Assembly (NCBI GenBank): GCA_052139985.1 | Contig: JBKQVI010000535.1 | Coordinates: 1,920 to 65,919 of the forward strand | DNA from: Terriglobia bacterium | GTDB taxonomy: Bacteria; Acidobacteriota; Terriglobia; UBA7540 | DNA: 64,000 bases | Reading direction: 5' to 3' | Shown: piece after piece, positions 1-9,541 of the stretch | How positions within the stretch are numbered: the stretch's first letter is position 1 | How the letters are laid out: each line of letters begins with the position of its first letter | Translations under genes and position numbers: made by a program | The notes under the pieces: model-generated | Databases searched by the model: none | What the model saw: only the letters and a program-made list of their open reading frames with translations | What the model was told of the DNA's origin: nothing

Positions 1-66
1 GTTTATCTCTCAGCGGGCGCAGGTCCGGCGTCCGCGCCTGGCGGCGCACGGGTCGCCCTTCCTCCC

Positions 67-354
67 ATGCGCCAGGTTAGCCTGGCTGATGGTACCGGTA
101 CCGTTAGTCTTCCCGCCGGATGGAACCTTGACCCCAAGCAGAGCGGCATGGGAATGGCCTCTGTCAAGGGTCCCCAGGGGGAGTGGCTGGCGCTCAATAC
201 GTACTTTCAGGACAACAACATGTATGGCAACGGCATGATCGGGCACGGCACTTTGTGGAACTCCGAGGCTGACGCGCTGGTGAAAGCGGATCCCAATCGT
301 TTCGAGTACGTGCCCACCCAGAATTACTGGAGAGGCACCGACTACGCTCCATAG
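67..354 (+). CDS. hypothetical protein, possibly the C-terminal part of a gene starting upstream of the window
   Basis: 95-aa ORF. The same frame is open back to base 1. No recognisable motif, and antisense ORFs compete. Confidence 0.3.
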   Translation: MRQVSLADGTGTVSLPAGWNLDPKQSGMGMASVKGPQGEWLALNTYFQDNNMYGNGMIGHGTLWNSEADALVKADPNRFEYVPTQNYWRGTDYAP

Positions 355-1161
355 GGCCGTGCCCCGCGGCAGCCGCGGCCGACGCCTGCTGCGGCGCAGA
401 AGAGAGTCCTACAGGCACGGGCCGGACACCCCTAGTTTCTGGAGGGGGGTGGATCACTGACCCTGGCCGAAGGCTCCGATAAAGATCTCTTGCGGGACGG
501 AAAACGCCTCCACGACGAGGGGAAGGCTGTTCCTGAACTCAAACGCTTGCTTCCAAAAACGCCTAGCTTATGAAAGGACACCCGTCGAATGCCCTCACGT
601 TACGAATGGATTTAATCCCAAGAGGCCTCTCGTAAGCCCTGGGCCTCTTACGCAGCCCTGCCGAAAGCTCACGAACCTTCGCGGCGGGCTGATCGCGCTG
701 GGACCGCTGCTGATCCTGGGCTTGGCAAGCGTGTGGACCTGGTATGCGAGTGAGGAGCGCGGCGCGGGCGATTGCGGCTCAATCTGATGGTCCAGGGGCA
801 CACCCTGAAGCACCTGGCCGCGGCGGTCGGAGTCTATTGGGTCTTTCGCATGTTGGCCCGCCGGCGCCCCTTGGTTCCGGCCGAGTGAGCAGCGCGGAAA
901 AGACCGATAAACGCCTTGCCAGCAGAGTCCATTGATCGCCTCTGCAGGAACAAAATGTCGTCACGCTTGGCAAAAACCCTTCCCATCAGCGATTAATGTA
1001 GACCTGCTCGTGCGCGTGGCGATTCGCATGGAAACGGCGACACAATGTCGCAAGCCCGCCGGCTGCTATGGAGATTAGCCCCCTGTGGCCACTTATCCAT
1101 CATCCGCTCACCTCGGGACCGTTCACGTTTGCTCCGCCTTTGTCAAAAAAAGAATGCTCTC

Positions 1162-2199
1162 TCAGTCAAACGCGGTCCGCAAAAACGACGCCATGTAATA
1201 TGCGTCGAGAAACTTAAAAGGCGTTTCCGCAGTCGTGTAATGGCCGCAGGGCAGGACGCGGGCGCGATGCGGCAATCCACGGCGCGTGAATTCCGCGAGC
1301 AGTTGATGGGAGTATACAGGTAAGAAAGTTAAATCGTAGACGGCGTAAATCAGCAGCGATTTCTTGGGCCAGCGCGCGAACTTATCGACGTAGGAAAACG
1401 GACTGATGGCTAGCCAGGCGCGGCGCAGAGTCTCCTGATCGATGTCGTGCTCGATGCCCTGCCGCACGTGGCGCGTGGATTGGCCCGTCCAAACCACGTC
1501 GCCGAACGTCACGGAAAAGTGATTGAAGAGGTTCACGCGCAGACGTGCATCATGGGCGCTGGTTAGGAAGGCATAGCAAGAGCCCAGGCTGGTGCCGACG
1601 GTTCCGAACTCTGTGTAACCCTGCGTCTCCAACCAATCGATACAGGAGCGCGCATCAATGACGGCTTGGCGCCCGGCGTCGATGGTGCGCCCGATATTCG
1701 CGGAGCAGGCGTAATCGGCGCGTTCGGTTTCCGCCGGCTTGCGATAGTCGTGGTAGGGCAGGCTCAGGCGCAACGCCGAAATTCCCATCTTATTGAATAC
1801 TCGGCAAAGGCCATTGTGGCCTTCGGCGTCGGCGTTCCACTGCGGCAACACGATGAGCGCGCGACGGCCTTTGGAGGGGAACCAGCGCGCTCGCGCCAGG
1901 TTGTTCACCGCGTGCGGCGTATGCACCGGAGAAGTGAAGAGCAGAAAGCCGTTCTCCAAACGAAAATCGGAGGGGGTTCGGTAGGCGTAGAAGTCATCGC
2001 TGTGGGAAACAACCTGCTGGTTCAGTTGGGCAAAATAAGCCGCAGGGTTACTGGGCGCCGATTCACGCGTGCCATTTACAACCGGCCAGTGTTCGGTCCA
2101 CTCAAGACCCCAGTCGAGCGGACGCACCACGCGGTTCTTGTCGCGGGAGTTCAGCCTCGTTTCCCAAGCGTATATCCAATCTCGATAGCGATCCCACAT
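1162..2199 (-). CDS. alpha/beta-fold hydrolase
   Basis: 345-aa ORF with the nucleophile-elbow motif GTSLGS (GxSxG) in a typical alpha/beta hydrolase context. Confidence 0.7.
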   Translation of the reverse strand: MWDRYRDWIYAWETRLNSRDKNRVVRPLDWGLEWTEHWPVVNGTRESAPSNPAAYFAQLNQQVVSHSDDFYAYRTPSDFRLENGFLLFTSPVHTPHAVNNLARARWFPSKGRRALIVLPQWNADAEGHNGLCRVFNKMGISALRLSLPYHDYRKPAETERADYACSANIGRTIDAGRQAVIDARSCIDWLETQGYTEFGTVGTSLGSCYAFLTSAHDARLRVNLFNHFSVTFGDVVWTGQSTRHVRQGIEHDIDQETLRRAWLAISPFSYVDKFARWPKKSLLIYAVYDLTFLPVYSHQLLAEFTRRGLPHRARVLPCGHYTTAETPFKFLDAYYMASFLRTAFD

Positions 2200-2320
2200 G
2201 CGTCTGCGGCCTCGGAGCGGAACTCACCATTATACCTAATCTGCGCGCAGCGGCCTTGGGGTCATTTCGCAAATGCAATGTGAAATCCTCCATTTACGCT
2301 TCCGTCGCACTGCGTCAGGT

Positions 2321-3079
2321 TCAAAAGTGGCTGGCAAATTCCATCAGCGGATCCAATCCTCGCTCTAGCGGCGCGGTGTGGGCGAACACGAGCGTCTTGA
2401 TACTGTTGTCGCCGGCCAGGCGGTGGGCGAGATCCACCAGAGATTGCCGATTCTGCGCCGCACTGGCGGTGAAGATCCAGGGCGCCGGCTTGAGGCGACC
2501 GTCTTTCCCTTGGTTAGCGCTATCGCCCAGGAACAGATTCTCCCCGACGGCGTAGGCGGCGCATCCCGGCGTGTGCCCCGGCACGGCAAAGACACGGACC
2601 TGATAGGGGCCCAATTGCAGGACCTCGCCATCGTGCAGGGTTCGCGAAAGGTGAATGCCGGTCGGCCGCGGGGAACGGAAACGCATGATCGGACCTCCCC
2701 CCGCGGAACGTCCTTCCACCACGTCCACTTCGGTTGCCAGCGCCATTACCTGCGCCTTGGGGAATTTCGCGATCCCCCCGGTGTGGTCGGAATGGCCATG
2801 AGTCAACAGAATCACCTTCACGTTATCGGGACCCAGGCCACGGCGGGACAGTTCCGCGAGCAGGGCCTTCCCTTCGACATCATTGCCAGCGTCGATTAAT
2901 GCTACCTCGCGGTCGTTCAACGGCACGACGCCTGCGCTGACGAAGCCATCTTTGACAAGGGACATGCCGTTTATCAGCGCACCTTCCGGCAGGCGCCGCC
3001 AGCTCAGGAAGGGGATAGCAACCACACCCACTGCGGCAATGAACATTAGAATGACGGCGAGGGCCACAAATATCCACAT
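2321..3079 (-). CDS. MBL-fold metallo-hydrolase with N-terminal membrane anchor
   Basis: HxHxDH motif (LLTHGHSDHTGG). Start moved to the ATG at 3079 because AGGAGGA lies 6 nt upstream. The N-terminus MWIFVALAVILMF is hydrophobic. Confidence 0.8.
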   Translation of the reverse strand: MWIFVALAVILMFIAAVGVVAIPFLSWRRLPEGALINGMSLVKDGFVSAGVVPLNDREVALIDAGNDVEGKALLAELSRRGLGPDNVKVILLTHGHSDHTGGIAKFPKAQVMALATEVDVVEGRSAGGGPIMRFRSPRPTGIHLSRTLHDGEVLQLGPYQVRVFAVPGHTPGCAAYAVGENLFLGDSANQGKDGRLKPAPWIFTASAAQNRQSLVDLAHRLAGDNSIKTLVFAHTAPLERGLDPLMEFASHF

Positions 3080-3331
3080 ACGATTCCTCCTATTCATCAG
3101 GATCTTTCTACGCCTGGTGGGCAGGACGAGTATACACCGAGACTCCTTTCCCTTCCGCCAACGCCTAACCCGCAATTTCGTAGGTTTCTAAGGAGACGTA
3201 AGCGTTGAAACTCTCATCTAAGGTATGGATCGCCGCCCGGGCCAGGGGTATTCCCTTGGCGCGTCGCGGCTTTGCTTGACCAATCTAGCGATTCTCCTTA
3301 GACTGGAACTCTGTCCAGAGCTTATGAGCCT

Positions 3332-5188
3332 GTGCCAGCTATGATGCTATTAAGGCGACTGCTTCCCAGCCTTGCGTTAGTTTTGATTCTTGCTAGCTGC
3401 CTGCTGGGCCAGGCCAGCCCACCAATTTTTCCGCTTAGCGAGGTCCGCCCCGGACTGAAAGGTGTGGGGAGAACTATTTTCGAAGGCGACAAGATTGAGG
3501 AATTCCAAGTGGAAATCCTGGGCGTCCTGAAAAACGCCATCGCCCCTCAACGGGATCTCATTTTGGCGAGGCTTTCGGGGGGGCCTCTTGCAATCACGGG
3601 CGTGATTTCCGGCATGAGCGGCAGCCCGGTCTATGTGGATGGGAAGCTGATAGGCGCGGTTTCACGCTCATTTCCACTGTCCAAGGAGGCGATCGCCGGG
3701 ATCACTCCGATTGAGGAAATGCTGTCCGTGGTGCCCTCTCAGCCGGCTGCATCGGCGCATATGTCCCCCAATGACAGCATTCGTATTACTAACATCGCGG
3801 GTGGATCGCCGGACTTGGGCCGCGTGGTTGTGAATGAAGACGCCGCGCAAAGCCTCTCACCGCCTCCCGATGCGAGAGAAACCACTGGGTTGTCCAGCCT
3901 GCTGCTTCCTTTGCGCTTTGGAGGCTTCTCCAATGCCGCCGTCGACCTTTTTGCGCCGCAGCTCCGCCGCATGGGGCTGGAACCCACGCAGGGTGGTGCG
4001 ATTTCCGGCGGTACACAGAAAATGCCGCCGAGCCCTACCGATCTCGAACCCGGTTCCATGATCAGCCTGCTGCTGGTGCAAGGCGACTTGAACCTGAACA
4101 TCGACTGCACGGTTACTTTGCGTCAAGGTAACAACCTTTACGCGTGTGGACACCAGGTTCTGGCGGAGGGTCCAGCGCAGTTTCCGTTCGCGCCGGCACA
4201 CGTCCTCGTGGTGGTGCCCAGCATTGCTTCGTCGTTCAAGTTGGATACGCCCGGCGCGATCGTCGGCACTATCCAGCAGGACCGCTTTGATGCCATTTAT
4301 GGCCAGGTCGGAGGGGAAACTCCTCCGATGATTCCCGTCCATGTGGATCTGGGTTCGACGCTTAACAGGAAATCCGATTACAACTTCGAAATGATCGACG
4401 AGCCGTTTCTTTCCCCCATCCTCCTCAATCTTGCGGTGACCTCCGCGCTCAGCGTCACCGAGCGTTCGATTGGGACTTCCACCCTGAATATAAAGGCCCA
4501 GATTCGTTTGGCCGACGGCCAAATTGTGGATCTGGAGGATGTGCTCTCCGGTGAGGTGGGGACGTCAAGCATGGTGGGAGCCACTGTGGCGACGCCGCTG
4601 GCCCTGTTGATGTCCAGCGGATTCCCCGACCTTAAGGTGAAAGACATTAGCCTCAGTGTCGACTCGCTGGACGAAAGACGGAGTGCCACCATCGAACAGG
4701 TGTGGAGCACGAAATCCGAAGTGCGGCCAGGAGACCATCTGGAAGTAACCGCACTCCTCCGCCTGCCCGGGGGCGCCACCACCACCGAAAAAATTCCAGT
4801 GGACGTGCCCGCGAGCGTGACAGACAAGATGCTCTCAGTCGTGGTGGGCGGGGGGGCGAACATCAATGCCATGGAATTTCGCTTTTCCGCGTTGGGTGGA
4901 GCGGCGCGCGACTCGCAACAATTGGTTCACGCCTTGAACCGGATGCGGCGGAACAATCGCGTCTACGCCCTCTTGATGTCACCCGAGCGCTCCTTCGTGA
5001 TGCAGGGGGACGAATATCCGTCGCCTCCGCCTTCCCTCGTACAGACTTTAATGGCGGATCCCGCCTCCTCATCCAACGTGATGTTCAGCGGGACGTCGGT
5101 GGTGGGCGATTTTGAAACCAAACCGACGGCCTACGCGATCCATGGACAGAAGACGCTAATCCTCAAAGTGGCAAGCACGGGGATGTGA
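3332..5188 (+). CDS. secreted SpoIVB-type (S55) serine peptidase domain protein
   Basis: Signal-peptide-like N-terminus. GVISGMSGSPVYVDGKLIGAV closely resembles the SpoIVB catalytic-serine segment GMSGSPI..GK.IGAV. GTG start at 3332; an alternative ATG lies at 3341. Confidence 0.7.
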   Translation: MPAMMLLRRLLPSLALVLILASCLLGQASPPIFPLSEVRPGLKGVGRTIFEGDKIEEFQVEILGVLKNAIAPQRDLILARLSGGPLAITGVISGMSGSPVYVDGKLIGAVSRSFPLSKEAIAGITPIEEMLSVVPSQPAASAHMSPNDSIRITNIAGGSPDLGRVVVNEDAAQSLSPPPDARETTGLSSLLLPLRFGGFSNAAVDLFAPQLRRMGLEPTQGGAISGGTQKMPPSPTDLEPGSMISLLLVQGDLNLNIDCTVTLRQGNNLYACGHQVLAEGPAQFPFAPAHVLVVVPSIASSFKLDTPGAIVGTIQQDRFDAIYGQVGGETPPMIPVHVDLGSTLNRKSDYNFEMIDEPFLSPILLNLAVTSALSVTERSIGTSTLNIKAQIRLADGQIVDLEDVLSGEVGTSSMVGATVATPLALLMSSGFPDLKVKDISLSVDSLDERRSATIEQVWSTKSEVRPGDHLEVTALLRLPGGATTTEKIPVDVPASVTDKMLSVVVGGGANINAMEFRFSALGGAARDSQQLVHALNRMRRNNRVYALLMSPERSFVMQGDEYPSPPPSLVQTLMADPASSSNVMFSGTSVVGDFETKPTAYAIHGQKTLILKVASTGM

Positions 5189-5261
5189 TGCGCGCTGGCT
5201 ACTGGTGGGTGGCTAGCCACTTACCGGTAGCGACGAACCACTGCTGTCGAAAGGTTGGGGA

Positions 5262-7514
5262 ATGAAACTCGGTAGATTCGTTCGCAGAGTGCTCCTGGTC
5301 TTGGCAATTGTCCTGCCCGCGTACGGCGTGGAAACAACCTTCTGGCAAGTTGGCTCCTTCGATGAATTCCTTCAAGGAACCCTTACGGGGGTTTCCCTGA
5401 GCAAAGAAGGGGATTTGACCCTGGCGCCCGAGGCGCAAGTCGTCTTCAGCCCCGAGGAAGCGCTCGCCCTCTCCCTCGCTCGCGATTCGCACGGCAACCT
5501 TTACGTCGGCACCGGACACCAGGGCAAAGTCTTCCGCGTCGGCTCTGACCAAAAATCCACCCCACTGTTGACGGCGAGCGAACCCGACATCTTCGCCCTG
5601 GCAGTCGGCCCAGACGGGGTTCTCTATGCAGGCAGCTCCCCTGAGGGCAAGGTTTACAAAGTCACGGCCGATGGCAAGTCCAGCGTTTTCTACGATCCGA
5701 AGACGAAGTATATTTGGGCGCTCCAGTTCGACTCACAAGGGCGGTTGTACGTCGCCACCGGTGACAAGGGCCAAATTTTTCGCGTGGAGCCTTCCGGCAA
5801 GGGAGAGGTTTTCTTTGACAGTAAGCAGACACACATTATGTGCCTGAGGATGGACCCCCAGGGCAATCTTCTGGCCGGCAGCGTCCCGAATGGCTTGATT
5901 TATCGCATCTCGCCCCAGGGGAAAGCCTTCGTGATTTATCAGGCGGCGCTGCCGGAGGTTCATGACTTGGCAGTGGATTCGCGGGGCGATATCTTTGCCG
6001 CGACGCTTGGCGGAGCCGGCAGCAAGGGATCGCCTGACCTGCTGCTGGCACCCAGTCAAGGCGGCGCGGGTGGGGGTGTCGCGACCATCACTGTTACTGC
6101 CTCGGCGGAACCTGAGTCTGCCGCCAAAGGGCAAGCCCCGCCAGCAGAAACCAGGACGCCGAGCTTCAACCGTTCGACGCCCCAGGTTGCCCCAATGTTT
6201 CCCTTGCAGTTGGGCGGCGGGCGGGGAGCTCTGGTTGAGATCTCTCCCGATTCATCGGCAGAAACCATTTGGAGTTCCGGAAACGAGAGCATCTTCGGTC
6301 TTGCGGTTCGGAATGACCACGTGCTGTTTACTACAGACAGCAACGGCCGGGTTTTCGACCTCGATCCTAAACCTAACAGCGAAGAACTCACGATTCTCAC
6401 TGAAACCCACGAGTCGCTTGCCACCAGGCTTCTGTTCGGCGGCACGGACCTCTATGCCGCCACAAGCAACGTGGCCAAATTGTTCCGCATTGGAGCATCA
6501 CCGGCCCACGAAGGCACCTTCGAATCGCCCGTGAAGGACACGAAGTTCGTTTCGCGCTGGGGAGTCTTAGCCTGGAGAGGTGATGTCCCCGCAGGCTGCG
6601 CGTTGCAGTTCTACACGCGCTCAGGGAACTCCGATCGTCCCGACCCTACCTGGAGCGATTGGACCGGACCATACAGCAATCCCAGCGGTGAGGCGCTAAA
6701 GAATCCGCCCGCCCGCTACATGCAGTGGAAGGCGGCATTCCGCGCCTCCGCAACAGATTCCCCCACACTGGATGAAGTGACGATCTCTTATCTAAACCAA
6801 AACCTTCCACCGCAAATTCATTCGCTTATCGTCAGCGCCTCAGGCGAGAGAACGGGCGTAGCGGGGGCGACTGTGAATCTACCCATGGGCAACGGCATCA
6901 CTGTCAGCGCTTCACCCTCAGTGGGTTTTACCGCCACGCCGCAGTCATCCTCCGCCGGAAAGACTCCGATATCCCTTGCTTGGCAGGCCGAAGATCCCAA
7001 TGGCGACCAATTGACTTACGCACTCTATGTGAAGGCTACGGATGAGCGGGAGTGGCATTTGCTCAAAGACAAATTACACCAAACCACCTACACAATTGAA
7101 CCCAATACCTTGGCGGACGGCAAATACGTGGCTCGTCTGGTTGCGTCGGACGAAGAGTCTAACCCTCCTAACTTGGAGCGAAAGTCCGAGTTGCTGAGCG
7201 CGCCATTCTGGGTAGACAATACGCCCCCGGACGTCGAAGTTGTAAAGCTCACCGTGAACGGTTTCAGGGCCGAGGTGCAATTCTCAGCGGAGGACGCCAC
7301 ATCTCCGTTGCGGGGCGCGGATGCCTCGCTGGACGGGCAGGATTGGCAGGACGTATTGTCTGATGACGGCATCGTGGATTCGCGTAAGGAAACCTTTACC
7401 CTGAAGTTCAATCATCTGGCGCCCGGAGAGCACATCCTGGCTTTGCGCGCCGCCGACACCTCGGGTAACATCGGTGTGGGAAAAGCGGTCATCCGGATCG
7501 CTGGAAGCCAATAA
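5262..7514 (+). CDS. secreted beta-propeller repeat protein with C-terminal Ig/FN3-like region
   Basis: 750-aa ORF with a signal peptide. Repeated G..Y.....G.(V/I)(F/Y)(R/K)(V/I) blades are visible (LYVGTGHQGKVFRV, LYAGSSPEGKVYKV, LYVATGDKGQIFRV, and others). Confidence 0.7.
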   Translation: MKLGRFVRRVLLVLAIVLPAYGVETTFWQVGSFDEFLQGTLTGVSLSKEGDLTLAPEAQVVFSPEEALALSLARDSHGNLYVGTGHQGKVFRVGSDQKSTPLLTASEPDIFALAVGPDGVLYAGSSPEGKVYKVTADGKSSVFYDPKTKYIWALQFDSQGRLYVATGDKGQIFRVEPSGKGEVFFDSKQTHIMCLRMDPQGNLLAGSVPNGLIYRISPQGKAFVIYQAALPEVHDLAVDSRGDIFAATLGGAGSKGSPDLLLAPSQGGAGGGVATITVTASAEPESAAKGQAPPAETRTPSFNRSTPQVAPMFPLQLGGGRGALVEISPDSSAETIWSSGNESIFGLAVRNDHVLFTTDSNGRVFDLDPKPNSEELTILTETHESLATRLLFGGTDLYAATSNVAKLFRIGASPAHEGTFESPVKDTKFVSRWGVLAWRGDVPAGCALQFYTRSGNSDRPDPTWSDWTGPYSNPSGEALKNPPARYMQWKAAFRASATDSPTLDEVTISYLNQNLPPQIHSLIVSASGERTGVAGATVNLPMGNGITVSASPSVGFTATPQSSSAGKTPISLAWQAEDPNGDQLTYALYVKATDEREWHLLKDKLHQTTYTIEPNTLADGKYVARLVASDEESNPPNLERKSELLSAPFWVDNTPPDVEVVKLTVNGFRAEVQFSAEDATSPLRGADASLDGQDWQDVLSDDGIVDSRKETFTLKFNHLAPGEHILALRAADTSGNIGVGKAVIRIAGSQ

Positions 7515-7744
7515 GGGTACGCGCGGCGTGTCCTTTCTGGACATGGCCAGGGCGGCCCTGCCACAATGGGCCGTGGCGCCCATGTGGTGCCGCTTCAGCG
7601 AAATCGCCCTGGTTCCCCCCCTGGGCGCCGGGGGTTAGCAATCCGTAACCGCTGGAACTTGGTTACCGTCAGAAAGAATACAACTCGAAAATCTCGCCCC
7701 GCATCTCAACAAACGAGTTGAGGTGCGGCCGGCAGTGAAACTTC

Positions 7745-8380
7745 TTGGATACGAACAAGACACCGGCAACGAAAGCTGTAACGGAAGCTCAGCTTATCGC
7801 GCGTGCACAGCGCGGCGACGAGGAAGCGTTCGCAGCGCTGTTTGAAACACACAAGCGGCGAGTGTACTCGCTATGCCTGCGCATGACGGGCAACACTGCG
7901 GAAGCGGAGGATCTGACCCAGGAGGCATTCCTCCAGCTCTTTCGCAAGATTTCGACTTTCCGCGGTGAGTCGGCCTTCTCGACATGGCTCCATCGTCTGG
8001 CGGTAAACGTAGTCCTGATGCACTTGCGCAAGAAGGGATTGCAACAGATTTCGCTCGACGAGACGGACACTTCGCAAGACGAGCCGGTCAAACGGGATTA
8101 CGGCAGTGACGACCGGCGGCTGACAGGCTCGGTTGATCGTATTGGTTTGCAGAAAGCAATTGCGGATTTGCCCCCGGGCTACCGGACGGTCTTTGTGCTG
8201 CACGATGTGGAAGGCTACGAGCACAACGAGATTGCCGAGATCATGAAATGCTCAGTAGGAAATTCCAAGTCGCAACTGCACAAAGCTCGCATGAAGCTGC
8301 GCGAGCGCTTGGTTCAGGACCGCGGTATTAGAGCTGCTCATGAATCACTTCCGGCCGGGGACCCCGTGGAAGAAGTGTAA
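7745..8380 (+). CDS. ECF (sigma-70 family, group 4) RNA polymerase sigma factor
   Basis: Region 2 ([13 protein letters not shown]...[11 protein letters not shown]) and region 4 ([22 protein letters not shown]) motifs. TTG start. Confidence 0.85.
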   Translation: MDTNKTPATKAVTEAQLIARAQRGDEEAFAALFETHKRRVYSLCLRMTGNTAEAEDLTQEAFLQLFRKISTFRGESAFSTWLHRLAVNVVLMHLRKKGLQQISLDETDTSQDEPVKRDYGSDDRRLTGSVDRIGLQKAIADLPPGYRTVFVLHDVEGYEHNEIAEIMKCSVGNSKSQLHKARMKLRERLVQDRGIRAAHESLPAGDPVEEV

Positions 8381-8388
8381 GAGGCATT

Positions 8389-9525
8389 ATGGAAGAAAGC
8401 CGATACAAGTCGGTTGCCGTCTGCTCGCGGTTCAATAACGAGCTGGAACCGTTCCTGGAAGGCGAAGCGCGGCCCTTCATCGCTTCTCACGCAAAAGAGT
8501 GCGCGACATGCGGAGCCCTGCTGGCCGACCTCCAGTCGATTCAACAGGCGGCTCGGGCGCTGCCGTTCGAAGAACCCTCCCCCATGGTTTGGGCCCACGT
8601 GCGCGCGAGGCTAGCGGCGGAGGCGGTTTTTGCCGCCCCTGCCTGCGCGCAGTTCGATGGCGAGTTGGAGGCTTATCTAGAGGGCGAAGCGCGTCCTTTC
8701 GTTATTTCCCACGCACAGGAGTGCCCGTCCTGCGCCACTCTGCTGGCAGACGTCCAATCGATTCGGCTGGCGTCCGGCGCGCTGCCGCTCGAAGAACCTT
8801 CGCCTACGGTTTGGGCTAAACTGCGCGCGAAGCTAGCGGCGGAGGGAGCTTTCAGCGTCCCCCCTTGCGTGCGGTTTGACGAGGAATTGGAAACTTATCT
8901 GGAAGGCGAAGCGCGGCCCTTCATCGCTGCCCACGCCCTGGATTGCACTCGGTGCGGCGCACTGCTGGCGGACCTCCAATCGATCCGGCAGGCAGCGCGC
9001 GATCTTCCTCAGGAAGAACCTTCCCGCGTAGTTTGGGCCAACGTGCGCGCCCGGTTGGAAGCGGAGGGCGCTTTCGGTACGCCGGTCAGCGGGTGGCGGC
9101 AGATCCTGGCGTGGCGCATTTTTCCCCACGCGGTCCCCTTGGGCGTTTTGAGCGCTTTAGTCGTTCTGGGAACAGTGCTGACATTGCCTTCCCACAGCCT
9201 TCAGCGCTGGGCAGGTTCGGATGAGGCGGCTACTTCTCCCGCCGCCGCCCAGATCGCATCGGCATTGCCGGTGGGTGACGTCGGGACTCTAGCGGGAGTG
9301 GTTTCCGATTTGGAAAGCAGTTTTAAAGCGAACGAAGCATCCATGGCTCCTGACCTTAAGGCCACGTACGAAAAGAGCCTGGTCTCCCTGGATGGTTCAA
9401 TTAAGGAATGCCTGGCCTCGTTGCGAGACGAGCCCAGAAATACGCTGGCGCATGACTACCTGTTAACAGCGTATACGAGAAAGGCTGAAGTCTTGTCTTC
9501 TGCGTTGGAGTTCGACGGGCGTTAG
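8389..9525 (+). CDS. membrane anti-sigma factor with three tandem zf-HC2/ZAS units, one TM helix and an extracytoplasmic domain
   Basis: Immediately downstream of the ECF sigma gene. Three 74-aa units each carry C-x21-H-x3-C-x2-C. A hydrophobic helix VPLGVLSALVVLGTVLTL follows. Confidence 0.8.
   Translation: MEESRYKSVAVCSRFNNELEPFLEGEARPFIASHAKECATCGALLADLQSIQQAARALPFEEPSPMVWAHVRARLAAEAVFAAPACAQFDGELEAYLEGEARPFVISHAQECPSCATLLADVQSIRLASGALPLEEPSPTVWAKLRAKLAAEGAFSVPPCVRFDEELETYLEGEARPFIAAHALDCTRCGALLADLQSIRQAARDLPQEEPSRVVWANVRARLEAEGAFGTPVSGWRQILAWRIFPHAVPLGVLSALVVLGTVLTLPSHSLQRWAGSDEAATSPAAAQIASALPVGDVGTLAGVVSDLESSFKANEASMAPDLKATYEKSLVSLDGSIKECLASLRDEPRNTLAHDYLLTAYTRKAEVLSSALEFDGR
8422..9087 (+). 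repeat. in-frame tandem triplication, 3 x 222 nt (8422-8643, 8644-8865, 8866-9087)
   Basis: Period of 74 codons. Units 1 and 3 share an identical 30-nt run, ctggaaggcgaagcgcggcccttcatcgct. Confidence 0.9.
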
Positions 9526-9541
9526 TGAAGGGGACACGGGG

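Noticed and set aside
461-888. Possible decayed membrane-protein gene
   Set aside because: An open frame without a usable start (461-787) ends in a TM-like segment, LIALGPLLILGLASVWTWY. A second frame (787-888) continues with MVQGHTLKHLAAAVGVYWVF. This looks like a frameshifted remnant, but I recognise no family and there is no start codon, so the evidence is too weak to call a pseudogene.
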